A stretch of 52,171 nt of DNA from an uncultured Oligoflexus sp. (lineage in GTDB: Bacteria > Bdellovibrionota_B > Oligoflexia > Oligoflexales > Oligoflexaceae): positions 1-52,171 of the forward strand of contig CAXSGP010000022.1 in the NCBI GenBank assembly GCA_964236955.1, read 5' to 3'. The notes beneath the pieces are model-generated. The model made no database searches. It had not been told where the DNA came from and saw nothing but the letters and a program-made list of their open reading frames with translations. Position 1 is the stretch's first letter, and each line of letters begins with the position of its first letter. Shown in pieces: positions 1 through 9,109 of the stretch. A program made the translations under genes and the position numbers.

Positions 1-134
1 TGCAACAGGATCTTTACCAAAAAGTATGGCTAGCGTTTATGGGATCTTAGCCCCGACTGACGACCTACAACTAAGACATTTTGTATAAATAGCCGACCTC
101 ATACTCATAAGTTATCCTGTCGAGGCGTGAAGTA

Positions 135-1331
135 ATGACTCAAAACGGTTATCGCATTTCACAAAAAGCCCGCGAGAAGTTTAAGGTCTTTCCGATAAAG
201 GCAGATGACCTCACCCGCCTTAGCAACATCGGCCTCGAACACTTCCATTACTTCAAACAGGTCAAGTCGATCACTTTTTCCATATACTTCCGGGTCGATC
301 TTGAACTTATGGAATTTATCACACCCGAAACTTTTTCACCCGACCTTATCGATAGCATCCTCGCCGCACGCAACAGGGAATATGAAAACTTGGACATCTG
401 CGTGCGCTCCATCGATTATCCCAAGTATCAGGCGATTGTCGATGCGATACGGACTCAAAAGATTGAAACCCTCATGGAAAAGGATCCTCTCCTCGACCGT
501 AAGACGATGCAAAGCTTCGCTGACCTCAGCGGGGCCAGCCAGATGATAGTGCGTGGCGGCATCAGCATCAACGTCGCCCAGCAGGCGAAGAAATCGGCCA
601 GCAAGCTTATTGATAACCTGATGGACAGTCATGTAGCGATCGGCACCTTATCACGTATGGTTTTGGCAGACGCAACGCTCTATGATCATAGTGCGGCCGT
701 GGCTATGCTTTCGGGCATCATCAGCGGCAGCCTTATGGGCATGTCGAAAAACGATGCCGAACGCTGCGCCCGTAGCGGTCTCTATCATGATGTTGGCAAG
801 ACCTGTGTGCCAAACAGCGTTCTAAATAAACCAGGAAAATTCACCGACGCAGAATTCGAAATTATGAAATCCCACACCATACTCGGTTATGAGGAACTCA
901 ATAAAGCGATTGAATCCGGCGCTCCGATCGAACCTGAGGTGGCTCTCGTGACGCTCGAGCATCATGAAAGATATTGCGGCGGAGGGTATCCCTACGGCAA
1001 ACTTGGGCGTAAGGAAGAGCGTCCCGATGGAATCAGTGTTTATGCCCGAGTGGTAATGATTGCAGACGTCTATTCCGCCCTTTTGATGAAACGTGTCTAT
1101 AAAGCCGCCTTTGATCAAAAGCAAACGATCGATATCATGCGCGCGGTTGCGCCGAAGGATTATGATCCGAACATTTGGAATCGGTTCGAAAAGTCTGTTG
1201 ATAAGTCGGCAGCCCATTACAAGGAGCTGGAATCACGGCCCTTTGATAAAAATTCCGGCCGTATCATTATCATCGAAGATGGTGCGTCCCGCCAATCGAA
1301 TGGCTTGAAGAAAAACAAGAAGGCCAGCTAA
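135..1331 (+). CDS. HD-GYP domain protein (putative cyclic-di-nucleotide phosphodiesterase)
   Basis: Motifs LYDHS, LYHDVGK, KPGKFTDAEFEIMKSH, HHERYCGGGYPYG, IADVYSAL and RVYK match the HD-GYP pattern; N-terminal ~150 aa not recognised. Confidence 0.9.
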   Translation: MTQNGYRISQKAREKFKVFPIKADDLTRLSNIGLEHFHYFKQVKSITFSIYFRVDLELMEFITPETFSPDLIDSILAARNREYENLDICVRSIDYPKYQAIVDAIRTQKIETLMEKDPLLDRKTMQSFADLSGASQMIVRGGISINVAQQAKKSASKLIDNLMDSHVAIGTLSRMVLADATLYDHSAAVAMLSGIISGSLMGMSKNDAERCARSGLYHDVGKTCVPNSVLNKPGKFTDAEFEIMKSHTILGYEELNKAIESGAPIEPEVALVTLEHHERYCGGGYPYGKLGRKEERPDGISVYARVVMIADVYSALLMKRVYKAAFDQKQTIDIMRAVAPKDYDPNIWNRFEKSVDKSAAHYKELESRPFDKNSGRIIIIEDGASRQSNGLKKNKKAS

Positions 1332-1529
1332 AAAGATAAAAATCAGATACCGTAGGAAGAAATCTCCAATAAAAGTTCCTTTATAATTTCCTCATTTGCT
1401 TCGAATTTTTTATGATTTTCAAGACCTTAAAACGTGACTTCAACACCATAATATTAAGTCTCAAGCTTTCTTCTCGGATCTACCGAGTAATTCTATACCT
1501 CTCAAGAAGAGGCCTTAGAGGAGAAAATT

Positions 1530-2582
1530 ATGACGACTTACCGACCGTTAATTTCCATCGTACTGCTCTTGTCCATAGTGGGCTGTTCAGATGATGTCGA
1601 GTTCAACAATGCAGCTGGCGCAAAAGTTATACAGGCGGAACGAATTATCAATACCGAATCCTCGGTAGACCCTAGCGGTGATGCAATTGGTTCGGTTGGT
1701 ACCGAAGGGCAGATCGATCCAAGCACCGGACTTCCTGTTGAAGGTGGAGCAGCGGTGAACGGCGGGGACCCAGTAAATCCGGATGGGTCGGGTGCCGGTA
1801 ACGGCAGCGCACCTTCGGCAGAAGGTACCGATGGGCCAGGCAGCGGTGCAGGAACCGGTGCGGGCGGAACAGCGGGAGCAGGAGCAGGAGCAGAAGCGGG
1901 AGCGGGAGCGGGAGCAGGAGCTAACACGGGCGGCACTTCAGGTGGAACACCCGCTGGTTCATCGCCGGCAAACACCATTGCTGACAATGTCGCCAGATTG
2001 AAAGAAGCCTGTGCCACGGGGGCGAAAAAAACCATCAAACAAAGTGTGTTCTTCGCCGAGGTTCAACACTGTACCTGGAGTGCTAACGGTAATCTCGGTA
2101 AGCTTGATGGGCATGTACAGGCGATTGAAGGCCAAAGGGCTACGATTGAACTTCCTGCCAATGCCCAACTCTGTGAACTGGGAATTGGTTCCGTTGCGAC
2201 CACTATCCAGTATGATGACTTTATGCTATTGACCCTTAATAATCAGGTCCTGCTGACCAGTAACAAAGACCTGTTGGTAGGTCTGAAAGAGGATCAAATT
2301 CAGGCATTTACCTGGGATTTTAGCAAGGTACGTGGAAAAGCCATCAACTTTAATGCTGCACCCTATTGCTTGGGCGATTCCTCTCTCTGTAATATTCCTG
2401 TGACTGACGTCCGCGGTGCTTTTCAATTTAGTATTGATCCCGCCAGTCTTGGTAAACTGGCCAACAACAGCACCAACAAAACCAATTTAAACTTTGCTCT
2501 CTATGCAACGGGTGACAACGATGACAAAGATTGCTGGCACACCGCGTTTACCCTCGATTTTACCTTAGACTACGTACAGTAA
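1530..2582 (+). CDS. Lipoprotein of unknown function with Gly/Ala-rich linker and Cys-containing C-terminal domain
   Basis: AGGAG RBS upstream; hydrophobic signal ending in SIVG-C lipobox; low-complexity G/A/S/P linker followed by a globular domain. Confidence 0.8.
   Translation: MTTYRPLISIVLLLSIVGCSDDVEFNNAAGAKVIQAERIINTESSVDPSGDAIGSVGTEGQIDPSTGLPVEGGAAVNGGDPVNPDGSGAGNGSAPSAEGTDGPGSGAGTGAGGTAGAGAGAEAGAGAGAGANTGGTSGGTPAGSSPANTIADNVARLKEACATGAKKTIKQSVFFAEVQHCTWSANGNLGKLDGHVQAIEGQRATIELPANAQLCELGIGSVATTIQYDDFMLLTLNNQVLLTSNKDLLVGLKEDQIQAFTWDFSKVRGKAINFNAAPYCLGDSSLCNIPVTDVRGAFQFSIDPASLGKLANNSTNKTNLNFALYATGDNDDKDCWHTAFTLDFTLDYVQ
1872..1922 (+). repeat. Intragenic tandem hexamer repeat (GGAGCA/GGAGCG) encoding a Gly-Ala run
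   Basis: gcgggagcaggagcaggagcagaagcgggagcgggagcgggagcaggagct read directly from the sequence. Confidence 0.75.
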
Positions 2583-2596
2583 CTTAATTTGGAGCG

Positions 2597-2620
2597 AAAA
2601 AAGGGCCTAGCAATAGGCTC
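2597..2620 (-). terminator. Rho-independent terminator between convergent genes
   Basis: Minus strand GAGCCTA-TTGC-TAGGCCC hairpin followed by TTTTTT, 30 bp after the stop at 2651. Confidence 0.6.
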
Positions 2621-2650
2621 GTCTCACCCGGCCTCCGTCCCCTTTCCACT

Positions 2651-4399
2651 TCAAATCCCCTTGCCCTTCGCTCCATTTTTTTTCACTTTGGAGTATTCGG
2701 CCAATTGATTTTCAAGCTTTTCCTTTTCCGAGGAGATCCTTCCCTCAATCGCTTCGCTGGCTGCGATCAACCTCGCCTCAAGCTTTTTTCGCGCATCGAC
2801 CAGCCTTTGGTAGGCCCTATCGCGTAATCGCGCATTGTACTCCGCATATTCCTGACTCAACTTCTGCTGCAGGACAGTGCGGAGACGATCGCTGATATTG
2901 GAGCTATAGGTCCAACGAAGAGCCGGCAATTTTCCTTGCGCGCTGCCATCCATCTGCAGAGAATTCAGCGGTGACAATGCCTCATCAAAAATCTTTTTAA
3001 GCGGCCCGCTTTCTGTTTCGACCCGATAGCTTACCTTATCCATCACTGTCCGCACGTTGATGGTGCTGGAATCTTTCTGTGCCAGAAATTCCATATTGAG
3101 CTTAGCGGTCGCCTGCATGATTCCCATACGAAAGCTTGGAGTTTTGACAAAATCAAGATCCTGCACAAGAAAGGAATCAATCGTCAGCTGCAAGCGGTCA
3201 TCAACTTTTTGCCCGCTATGATCAATCTGGGCCTCTAGCTGCAAGTTGGATACCTCGGCCCTCTTAAAGCTGGCTTGAAGGCTAAGATGGGCCGGATGAT
3301 GAAAAGGCTCACTGCTGAGATCCTGGATATGGCCCACGGCCTCGCCAGAATAGCCATCAGGGCTTTCCTTGGAAACAAGTTCCAGCTTTTTAATCCAAAG
3401 CCGCGGAGGCAGATTTTTGCCAACGAAATAATGTTCGGTGCCTTGCTGACGGCCCGAAGCATCGCGCATCTCCTGTTCAGGGCGCTCCAACCACGCTAAG
3501 AGGCGAAAATAAAAATTATCCACGACACTCATCAAGGGCCTAATCTGTTCCGCACCGAGTTCGGACGAAAGGCTGTTAAATTCCAAACCGGGAAACTTCA
3601 CGCCCTGTTTAACGACGGTGACATCGTGAGGAATCAATTCAGCCAGCGATTGGGTCTTGGTGAGGAGCTGATTGGCTTCCGCTTTCACCTGGACTTCGAG
3701 ATGATCAAGGTCAAGCCGGCCCCGTTCCAGCTGCCCGATCATGATCTTAGCGAGAGCATCATTATTTTTATCAGAGCTTTGCTGATGGGCATTCTGAATA
3801 GCCACTATCTGCTGTCCGTGAGTCTCGAGCAAACTATCAAGTTGTTTGGTCCAGCCTGAGATCTGAGTCTCCATCTCCGACGTCAAACCGTTCTGGGCCT
3901 GAAAGGAAGGCACCGCCCGCCAGGCTTCATCGGTCGGCATCTGCATACGGTCCGGGTTAGCGAGAAAATCGCTGGCATAACTCAAAGACTGCGGGCTTTG
4001 TGGAGCAACTAAACTATTGACCGGCGCCGGGATCTTTGGCAGAGGCGGTCCCGGATTTAAACGCACACCGCTGGCAAATCCCTCTCGCACAACGAGGCGG
4101 TTTCTAAGAATTGCCGGCCATTCCAATTGCAGCTGAACCTTCGCCACCTCGAACTCGACTCGCTCGGGACTTCTTGGATCCATAAATTCAATCTTCTCAA
4201 GTTCTATCGCCGGTCCACTCAACTTTAAGCTGGCCTTGGCTATGGCGACCGGCGCTCCATTCAAAGTCGTCAATCGTTGGACGACAAGGCTTTTAACCTG
4301 CCTGTCGAGACCGACAAAGATATAAAGTAGGGTCAGCAGCACGGCACCGGTAAGGTAGCCGAAAAAATTCCAGCGGATGATTCCAGGTCTGTTTTTCAC
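2651..4399 (-). CDS. TIGR03545-like / AsmA-like envelope protein
   Basis: N-terminal GIIRW plus TM helix, AsmA-like start (LNGAPVAIAKASLKL), helical middle, PRLWIKK beta-rich region and coiled-coil C-terminus; adjacent to a TIGR03546-like gene. Confidence 0.7.
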   Translation of the reverse strand: MKNRPGIIRWNFFGYLTGAVLLTLLYIFVGLDRQVKSLVVQRLTTLNGAPVAIAKASLKLSGPAIELEKIEFMDPRSPERVEFEVAKVQLQLEWPAILRNRLVVREGFASGVRLNPGPPLPKIPAPVNSLVAPQSPQSLSYASDFLANPDRMQMPTDEAWRAVPSFQAQNGLTSEMETQISGWTKQLDSLLETHGQQIVAIQNAHQQSSDKNNDALAKIMIGQLERGRLDLDHLEVQVKAEANQLLTKTQSLAELIPHDVTVVKQGVKFPGLEFNSLSSELGAEQIRPLMSVVDNFYFRLLAWLERPEQEMRDASGRQQGTEHYFVGKNLPPRLWIKKLELVSKESPDGYSGEAVGHIQDLSSEPFHHPAHLSLQASFKRAEVSNLQLEAQIDHSGQKVDDRLQLTIDSFLVQDLDFVKTPSFRMGIMQATAKLNMEFLAQKDSSTINVRTVMDKVSYRVETESGPLKKIFDEALSPLNSLQMDGSAQGKLPALRWTYSSNISDRLRTVLQQKLSQEYAEYNARLRDRAYQRLVDARKKLEARLIAASEAIEGRISSEKEKLENQLAEYSKVKKNGAKGKGI

Positions 4400-4438
4400 G
4401 TGGGCTTTGCCTCCAGGAATTTTTTAGACAGCTTTTTG

Positions 4439-4861
4439 TCAATGAACCGGCGTTCTGCTTCTTAAATTCCAGGCTACATAGGCCCAAAAGGGTATCGTAA
4501 GAATTCCCAGGAGAAAGGCTCCGAGCACCATGCTATTGTTGAAATGGGTCCAGGGGAGAACCGGAGCCTTTGCCATCTCAGTCCAGAAATGTGCGAGCTG
4601 CGGTGCCCTGAGCAAAAGATTGCCGACCTGATTCATCACAGGGTCCAAGAGAAAGGCACCCATCGTCCATGAAAAGGCAAAGGAAGCCATCAACCAGAGC
4701 CAGGGCAAACGAAGAAAAATGAGGGCAAGGAGTAGGACCACGACCTGAAGGGTAAGCCAGGCTGGAGAAAATCCCAGCCAGCTCCCCCAAAGCAGCGCGA
4801 GGAAAAGTTGTAAAAAGGAGGAACGCGAGCTATAACGGGACTTTATCGCCATTCCAATCAC
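4439..4861 (-). CDS. TIGR03546-like small membrane protein
   Basis: Hydrophobic 140 aa with LLDP..QVG.LLL and PWTHFNNSMVLGAF, typical of this family; directly upstream of the TIGR03545-like gene. Confidence 0.7.
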   Translation of the reverse strand: MIGMAIKSRYSSRSSFLQLFLALLWGSWLGFSPAWLTLQVVVLLLALIFLRLPWLWLMASFAFSWTMGAFLLDPVMNQVGNLLLRAPQLAHFWTEMAKAPVLPWTHFNNSMVLGAFLLGILTIPFWAYVAWNLRSRTPVH

Positions 4862-4972
4862 TCCACCTTTTAATTACCCATATTCCGCAGTTAGAATTCT
4901 AGCCATTTCTACCGTAACTCTTCAATATCTTTATCTCGGCCAAGGACATTTATTTTATTGTCGAGCCTTCCT

Positions 4973-4999
4973 TCATTTTGTGGAAACGCGCTCCGATAA
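4973..4999 (+). promoter_or_regulatory. Putative sigma-28 (FliA) promoter
   Basis: TCAT-N15-TCCGATAA (consensus TAAA-N15-GCCGATAA), 60 bp upstream of the ATG at 5060. Confidence 0.45.
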
Positions 5000-5059
5000 G
5001 CTCTTGCATGGCCGGCAAGTCGCTAGCTACGGTTACTAAAAAGTTTTGTGAGGGAAGAT

Positions 5060-5533
5060 ATGAAGGGGATACTCTTAGTCAGTGCCATAGGTCTGTCAGC
5101 CCTGCTAGTGAGTTGTACAGATGCTCCATCGACGGCTTCGTTATATAAAGAGAAACTGGCAAGTGGAGAAGCTAGTGGCATTGCCGCACCCGGTTCCCAA
5201 ACCGGCAATGAAACGCCTGCCACTGTTAGCCCCGATACCAATGAAACCACTGTGCCGTCCGATGACCCGAATTCGGCAGAAGATCCCAGTGCTGAGACCA
5301 CCGGTAGCGGAGCAGAAGAGGGTGACCCGGTCGCGGGAGCAACTTTACTCGTGACTTGCAAAGCATGTCATAAGCCAGGTGGCCCAGGAACTGCCGTTAC
5401 TCTCAACGCTGCCGCAGTCGGCCGCCTTGATACCGCCACTACCGGTCCAGCAAAAGGCTTCCACTCCTCCTTAACCGCAGCTTTTGTCGACGGCCGCGCC
5501 GACCTTGAAGCCGCTCTTAATGCTATAAAATAA
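5060..5533 (+). CDS. Monoheme c-type cytochrome lipoprotein
   Basis: Start moved to ATG 5060 (AGGGAAG upstream); lipobox LVS-C; acidic linker; GDPVAGATL...CKACH heme motif. Confidence 0.8.
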   Translation: MKGILLVSAIGLSALLVSCTDAPSTASLYKEKLASGEASGIAAPGSQTGNETPATVSPDTNETTVPSDDPNSAEDPSAETTGSGAEEGDPVAGATLLVTCKACHKPGGPGTAVTLNAAAVGRLDTATTGPAKGFHSSLTAAFVDGRADLEAALNAIK

Positions 5534-5555
5534 TTTTTTCGATAAAAGCTTTCGC

Positions 5556-6275
5556 TTATATGCGAGAGCTTTTTTGCGTCTTTACCCTTTCACCCCGCTC
5601 ATCCGGGAGTAACCAACTCATGTTGATCGACCCATGATCCGGACTTTCGGGCCCAAAGCTATCCAAATAATGGGTCAGCTTTTGATCGCGCGTCCGGGAG
5701 CCGGTATCGAGCAAAATACAGCTCGCGAATATCGAAATATTACCCTTCATCATCACCTCCATCATGCCGTGACCAAAAAGCGTAAAGCCTCGGGCATACT
5801 CTTCGACAAAGGCTTGTTTTTCATTATCGTTTCGACTCAGGATCAGGCTTTCAATTTCGCGCCTGCCGAGACCCGATGGAATCTCAAAGACTATGCCTCC
5901 CTCATCGAAGCAGGTTAGGCGATCCGCGAGCGGACAGCGCTGCTGCCTATCGTGAATTTCCGACCACTGGCCTTGGACCTCATAAGCCTTGCGATGCAGC
6001 GTATACTTGCCGTTGGGAAAATTCAGCCAAATCAGAGCATTGAAAAAATCATGAAGATTGCTGGCGCGGGTCGGAATCTCCTGCCTGCGCAGAATCGAAG
6101 CCTCGTAACTTCGACCGGGACCCTTGGGTTGTTTGCGCCGGGCCCGCTGCCCTAATTTTTCCTCCAGGGTAAATGCGAGATTGATACCTATTAATTCCCA
6201 AATGCCATGATGGTTGGCTATCGTCTGCCAATCCTCAGGCAAAGGCCAATCGTCAAAGGTCAAAAGCTCAGGCAA
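5556..6275 (-). CDS. DUF3025 family protein
   Basis: YE..I.....IPTR..NLHDFFNALIWLNFP.GK and D.LT.FDEGG, FGHG motifs are characteristic; TTG start uncertain. Confidence 0.8.
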   Translation of the reverse strand: MPELLTFDDWPLPEDWQTIANHHGIWELIGINLAFTLEEKLGQRARRKQPKGPGRSYEASILRRQEIPTRASNLHDFFNALIWLNFPNGKYTLHRKAYEVQGQWSEIHDRQQRCPLADRLTCFDEGGIVFEIPSGLGRREIESLILSRNDNEKQAFVEEYARGFTLFGHGMMEVMMKGNISIFASCILLDTGSRTRDQKLTHYLDSFGPESPDHGSINMSWLLPDERGERVKTQKSSRI

Positions 6276-6367
6276 TTGGCTCAGGAGCGAGCGAATGGAA
6301 ACGGGTCAACACTTCGCAACAAAGGCTCCTCCTGCACGGCACTGCCTTTTGATAACATGGCAGTCAT

Positions 6368-6421
6368 AAAAAAAAACCCTCGATCCTTGGCAGGTCCCTC
6401 AATTCTATCGCATCGAGAGGG
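6368..6421 (-). terminator. Terminator-like hairpin with 9-nt U-tract upstream of the DUF3025 gene
   Basis: Minus strand CCCTCTCGAT...ATCGAGGG followed by TTTTTTTTT. Confidence 0.4.
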
Positions 6422-6671
6422 TGCCGATGGCACATGCTTTCACGTCAAAATATCTATATCTTATCCACAGAGCCAGTGGAAAAGTCAGCTAATTCTTGGC
6501 TAAAAGCCTTTCCCATCAAGCCTTATACAGAATTGATCAGGTTTTAATCACAACGGCCACTCCCATGACGTCTTTCCTGGACTCTGCCTGAGAGGGGAAA
6601 GTCGATCCAGACTGGACAAGCGGAGGACTCCTAAGCTAGTAAGTTCTGTCGCATGAAGACAGGGGGAAAAG

Positions 6672-7484
6672 ATGCAAGACCACGAGCAACGGTTCGGTGG
6701 CATAGGCCGACTATATGGACAAATGGCATGGGCTAAAATTAAAAAAGCTAAGGTTGCCGTGATAGGGATAGGGGGCGTTGGCTCCTGGACGGTGGAAGCT
6801 TTTATTCGAACAGGGATCGAGGATATCACTCTCATCGACCTTGATGATGTCTGTATCTCCAACACCAATCGGCAGCTTCACGCCCTGGATGGCAATTACG
6901 GAAAATCTAAGGCTGTAGCGATGAAGGAGCGCATGCTTCTCATCAATCCTCAGGCGAAGATCACCTGCATCGTCGACTTTTTTACCCCCTCGTCTGCAGA
7001 AAGCATACTAAAAGTCCCCTATGACGTCATAGTTGACGCCATCGATAGCATCGATAACAAGTGTCTGCTGCTGGCCGAGTGCAAACGCCTGGGGCGACCT
7101 ATCGTGAGCTGTGGCAGCGTCGGTGGACGCAGCGATCCAACGATGATTCGAAAATCGGATCTCAATGATACGACCAACGATGGCCTGCTCCGGAACGTCC
7201 GCAAGAAGCTGCGTAAAAACTACGATTTTTCCAGCTCGGGAAGCTCAGGCATAGCAGCCGTGTTCAGTATGGAGGTTCCGGTCTTTCCCAATGCCTCAGG
7301 CGAGGTTTGCGCGACGCGGGAAAAAGGCGTAAATTCCCGTATGGACTGCAGTACCGGTTTCGGTACGGCCAGCTTCGTAGCCGGGAGCCTCGGTTTTGCC
7401 GCCGCTTCCGCTGCACTCGATCTTTTGCTGCGGGAAGGGCATCATGGGCAAGATATGGATGGACGCACACTGTCACCTGAGTGA
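6672..7484 (+). CDS. tcdA: tRNA threonylcarbamoyladenosine dehydratase (ThiF/E1 family)
   Basis: RFGGIGRLYG, GIGGVGSW..EA, DLDDVCISNTNRQ, DAID and C-terminal DC.TGFGTASFV motifs. Confidence 0.92.
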   Translation: MQDHEQRFGGIGRLYGQMAWAKIKKAKVAVIGIGGVGSWTVEAFIRTGIEDITLIDLDDVCISNTNRQLHALDGNYGKSKAVAMKERMLLINPQAKITCIVDFFTPSSAESILKVPYDVIVDAIDSIDNKCLLLAECKRLGRPIVSCGSVGGRSDPTMIRKSDLNDTTNDGLLRNVRKKLRKNYDFSSSGSSGIAAVFSMEVPVFPNASGEVCATREKGVNSRMDCSTGFGTASFVAGSLGFAAASAALDLLLREGHHGQDMDGRTLSPE

Positions 7485-8223
7485 CAGCGCATTTGATCAC
7501 GGCCGGGAGGCTCTCTATGGCGAACTTCTCGAGCATCATATTCTTGGACTGGTCCTGGCTGGGACCGATCCCATCGACTGGCAAAAACAAGCCGAACTCA
7601 ATCCCCCCTTGCCCTTGCGCATCGCCAAAGTTTTCGGCCTTCATCCTTGGCATGTCGATGGCATGGGAGAGCCCGCACTCGAAGCTGCCGCTGAACTCTT
7701 AGAAAAAAGCCTCGATGCCTGCCAAGGCCTCGGTGAAATGGGCCTCGATTATTTTCGGGCTAAATCGAGTGAAGAACGACTGAAACAAAAGCGCTGGTTT
7801 GATCGACAGCTTGAGCTTGCCAAGGGCCGGGATCACCCGCTTATCCTTCATATCGTCAGGGCCCATCACGAAAGCGTTCCCCAACTGCGCCGCCATCAAA
7901 AGTCCTATCGAGGCCTTGTGCATAGTTATTGGGCTCATCTTGATGTTGCCCGTGCGTATATCGCCATGGGTTTTCTTCTGTCAGTGCCTCCCCGCATTAT
8001 GAAAGAGGATCCTCATAAGCTCCTTAAGGGAATCGATCCCGAGTATTTGGTCTTTGAGACGGATACGCCCTTCAGAAATGCCGAAGGACGGGCTATGAAA
8101 CCTCTTATCATTGTCGATATCTTAGCGTTTATCGCTGCCTCCCGGCAAGAGTCCATCGAAGCGACAGTCGCCCGTCAGGCGCGTCTGCTTAGCGAGCTTT
8201 TCCCTATTTTTAAAGGTCTATAA
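7444..8223 (+). CDS. TatD family metal-dependent nuclease
   Basis: DAHCH, GLHPW, GEMGLDY, LH, VHSY and ETD motifs; start moved to ATG 7444, overlapping the end of tcdA. Confidence 0.9.
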   Translation: MGKIWMDAHCHLSDSAFDHGREALYGELLEHHILGLVLAGTDPIDWQKQAELNPPLPLRIAKVFGLHPWHVDGMGEPALEAAAELLEKSLDACQGLGEMGLDYFRAKSSEERLKQKRWFDRQLELAKGRDHPLILHIVRAHHESVPQLRRHQKSYRGLVHSYWAHLDVARAYIAMGFLLSVPPRIMKEDPHKLLKGIDPEYLVFETDTPFRNAEGRAMKPLIIVDILAFIAASRQESIEATVARQARLLSELFPIFKGL

Positions 8224-8225
8224 TC

Positions 8226-9008
8226 ATGGATTATTCTTACAAAAGTCTTGAACTCTACATCGTGCCTTTACGCTCTGATAACTATAGTTATGTGATTCAT
8301 GACAGAAACACTGCGATGACCTTAGTCGTTGATCCCAGCGAGACCGAAGCCCTCGTAAAATTTCTTAAGGCTCATAATTTTGGCCTCGATTTGATTATCG
8401 ATACCCACCATCATGAGGATCATACCCACGGGAATATCGAACTCCAGGAACAATTTGGAGCGACGATTGTCGCCTCGGCCTATGATCACGATAGAAATCG
8501 CATTCCCGGCACGCTTGGAAAAACACTTCACGATGGCGACAGGCTTGAATTCTCTGGGTATTTCTTTAAGGTCTTGACGACACCTGGACACACTTTGGGA
8601 CACTTGTGTTTGCTGCTCGAAGGCGGGAACTGGCTGTTTTCGGGCGACACTTTATTTGGGCTCGGCTGCGGCCGGTTGTTTGAAGGCAATCCAAGCATCA
8701 TGTGGGAAAGCTTTTTGAAGCTAAGGGCCCTCCCTGATGAGGCCCTGGTTTTTTGTGGGCACGAATATACCCTTGCCAATTCTCGTTATGCGAAGCACCT
8801 TAATCTTGAGTTACCCGGCTTGGATCATTATATCGACTCGTTGCAAGCCCGAAAAAAAATCGAGGGGCGCACGGTTCCATCAAGACTTAAAGACGAAAAA
8901 TCTTTTAATCCCTTTCTGCTTGCCGATCATCCGGCCCTTAAGAAATTTGGTCAGGACCCAGTGAGCGTATTTGGGGAAATCCGGAAACAAAAAGATAGCT
9001 TCAGCTAA
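8226..9008 (+). CDS. gloB: Hydroxyacylglutathione hydrolase (glyoxalase II)
   Basis: DNYSY, THHHEDH, TPGHTLGH, FSGDTLF..GCGRLFEG, CGHEYT, TVPS...EK..NPFL motifs. Confidence 0.93.
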   Translation: MDYSYKSLELYIVPLRSDNYSYVIHDRNTAMTLVVDPSETEALVKFLKAHNFGLDLIIDTHHHEDHTHGNIELQEQFGATIVASAYDHDRNRIPGTLGKTLHDGDRLEFSGYFFKVLTTPGHTLGHLCLLLEGGNWLFSGDTLFGLGCGRLFEGNPSIMWESFLKLRALPDEALVFCGHEYTLANSRYAKHLNLELPGLDHYIDSLQARKKIEGRTVPSRLKDEKSFNPFLLADHPALKKFGQDPVSVFGEIRKQKDSFS

Positions 9009-9109
9009 AGCAGGGTGCGAATCGGGTTTTCCAAACCGCTAAATAGGTGGCCTATAATTCAAATTAATCAATGAGATAAAAGCTTTGGTACTTTTCGCAA
9101 GCAATTAAG

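Noticed and set aside
1538..2038. Pro/Ala-rich minus-strand ORF
   Set aside because: Mirror of the Gly/Ala linker of the lipoprotein.
6207..6503. 98-aa plus-strand ORF in the DUF3025-tcdA gap
   Set aside because: No RBS or motif; overlaps DUF3025 antisense and crosses a hairpin and poly-A tract.
6560..6666. Possibly structured leader upstream of tcdA (GTCTT/AAGAC and CTGGA/TCCAG pairings)
   Set aside because: Pairings are short and I could not match SRP, 6S, tmRNA or a riboswitch consensus; an Rfam/Infernal scan would be needed.
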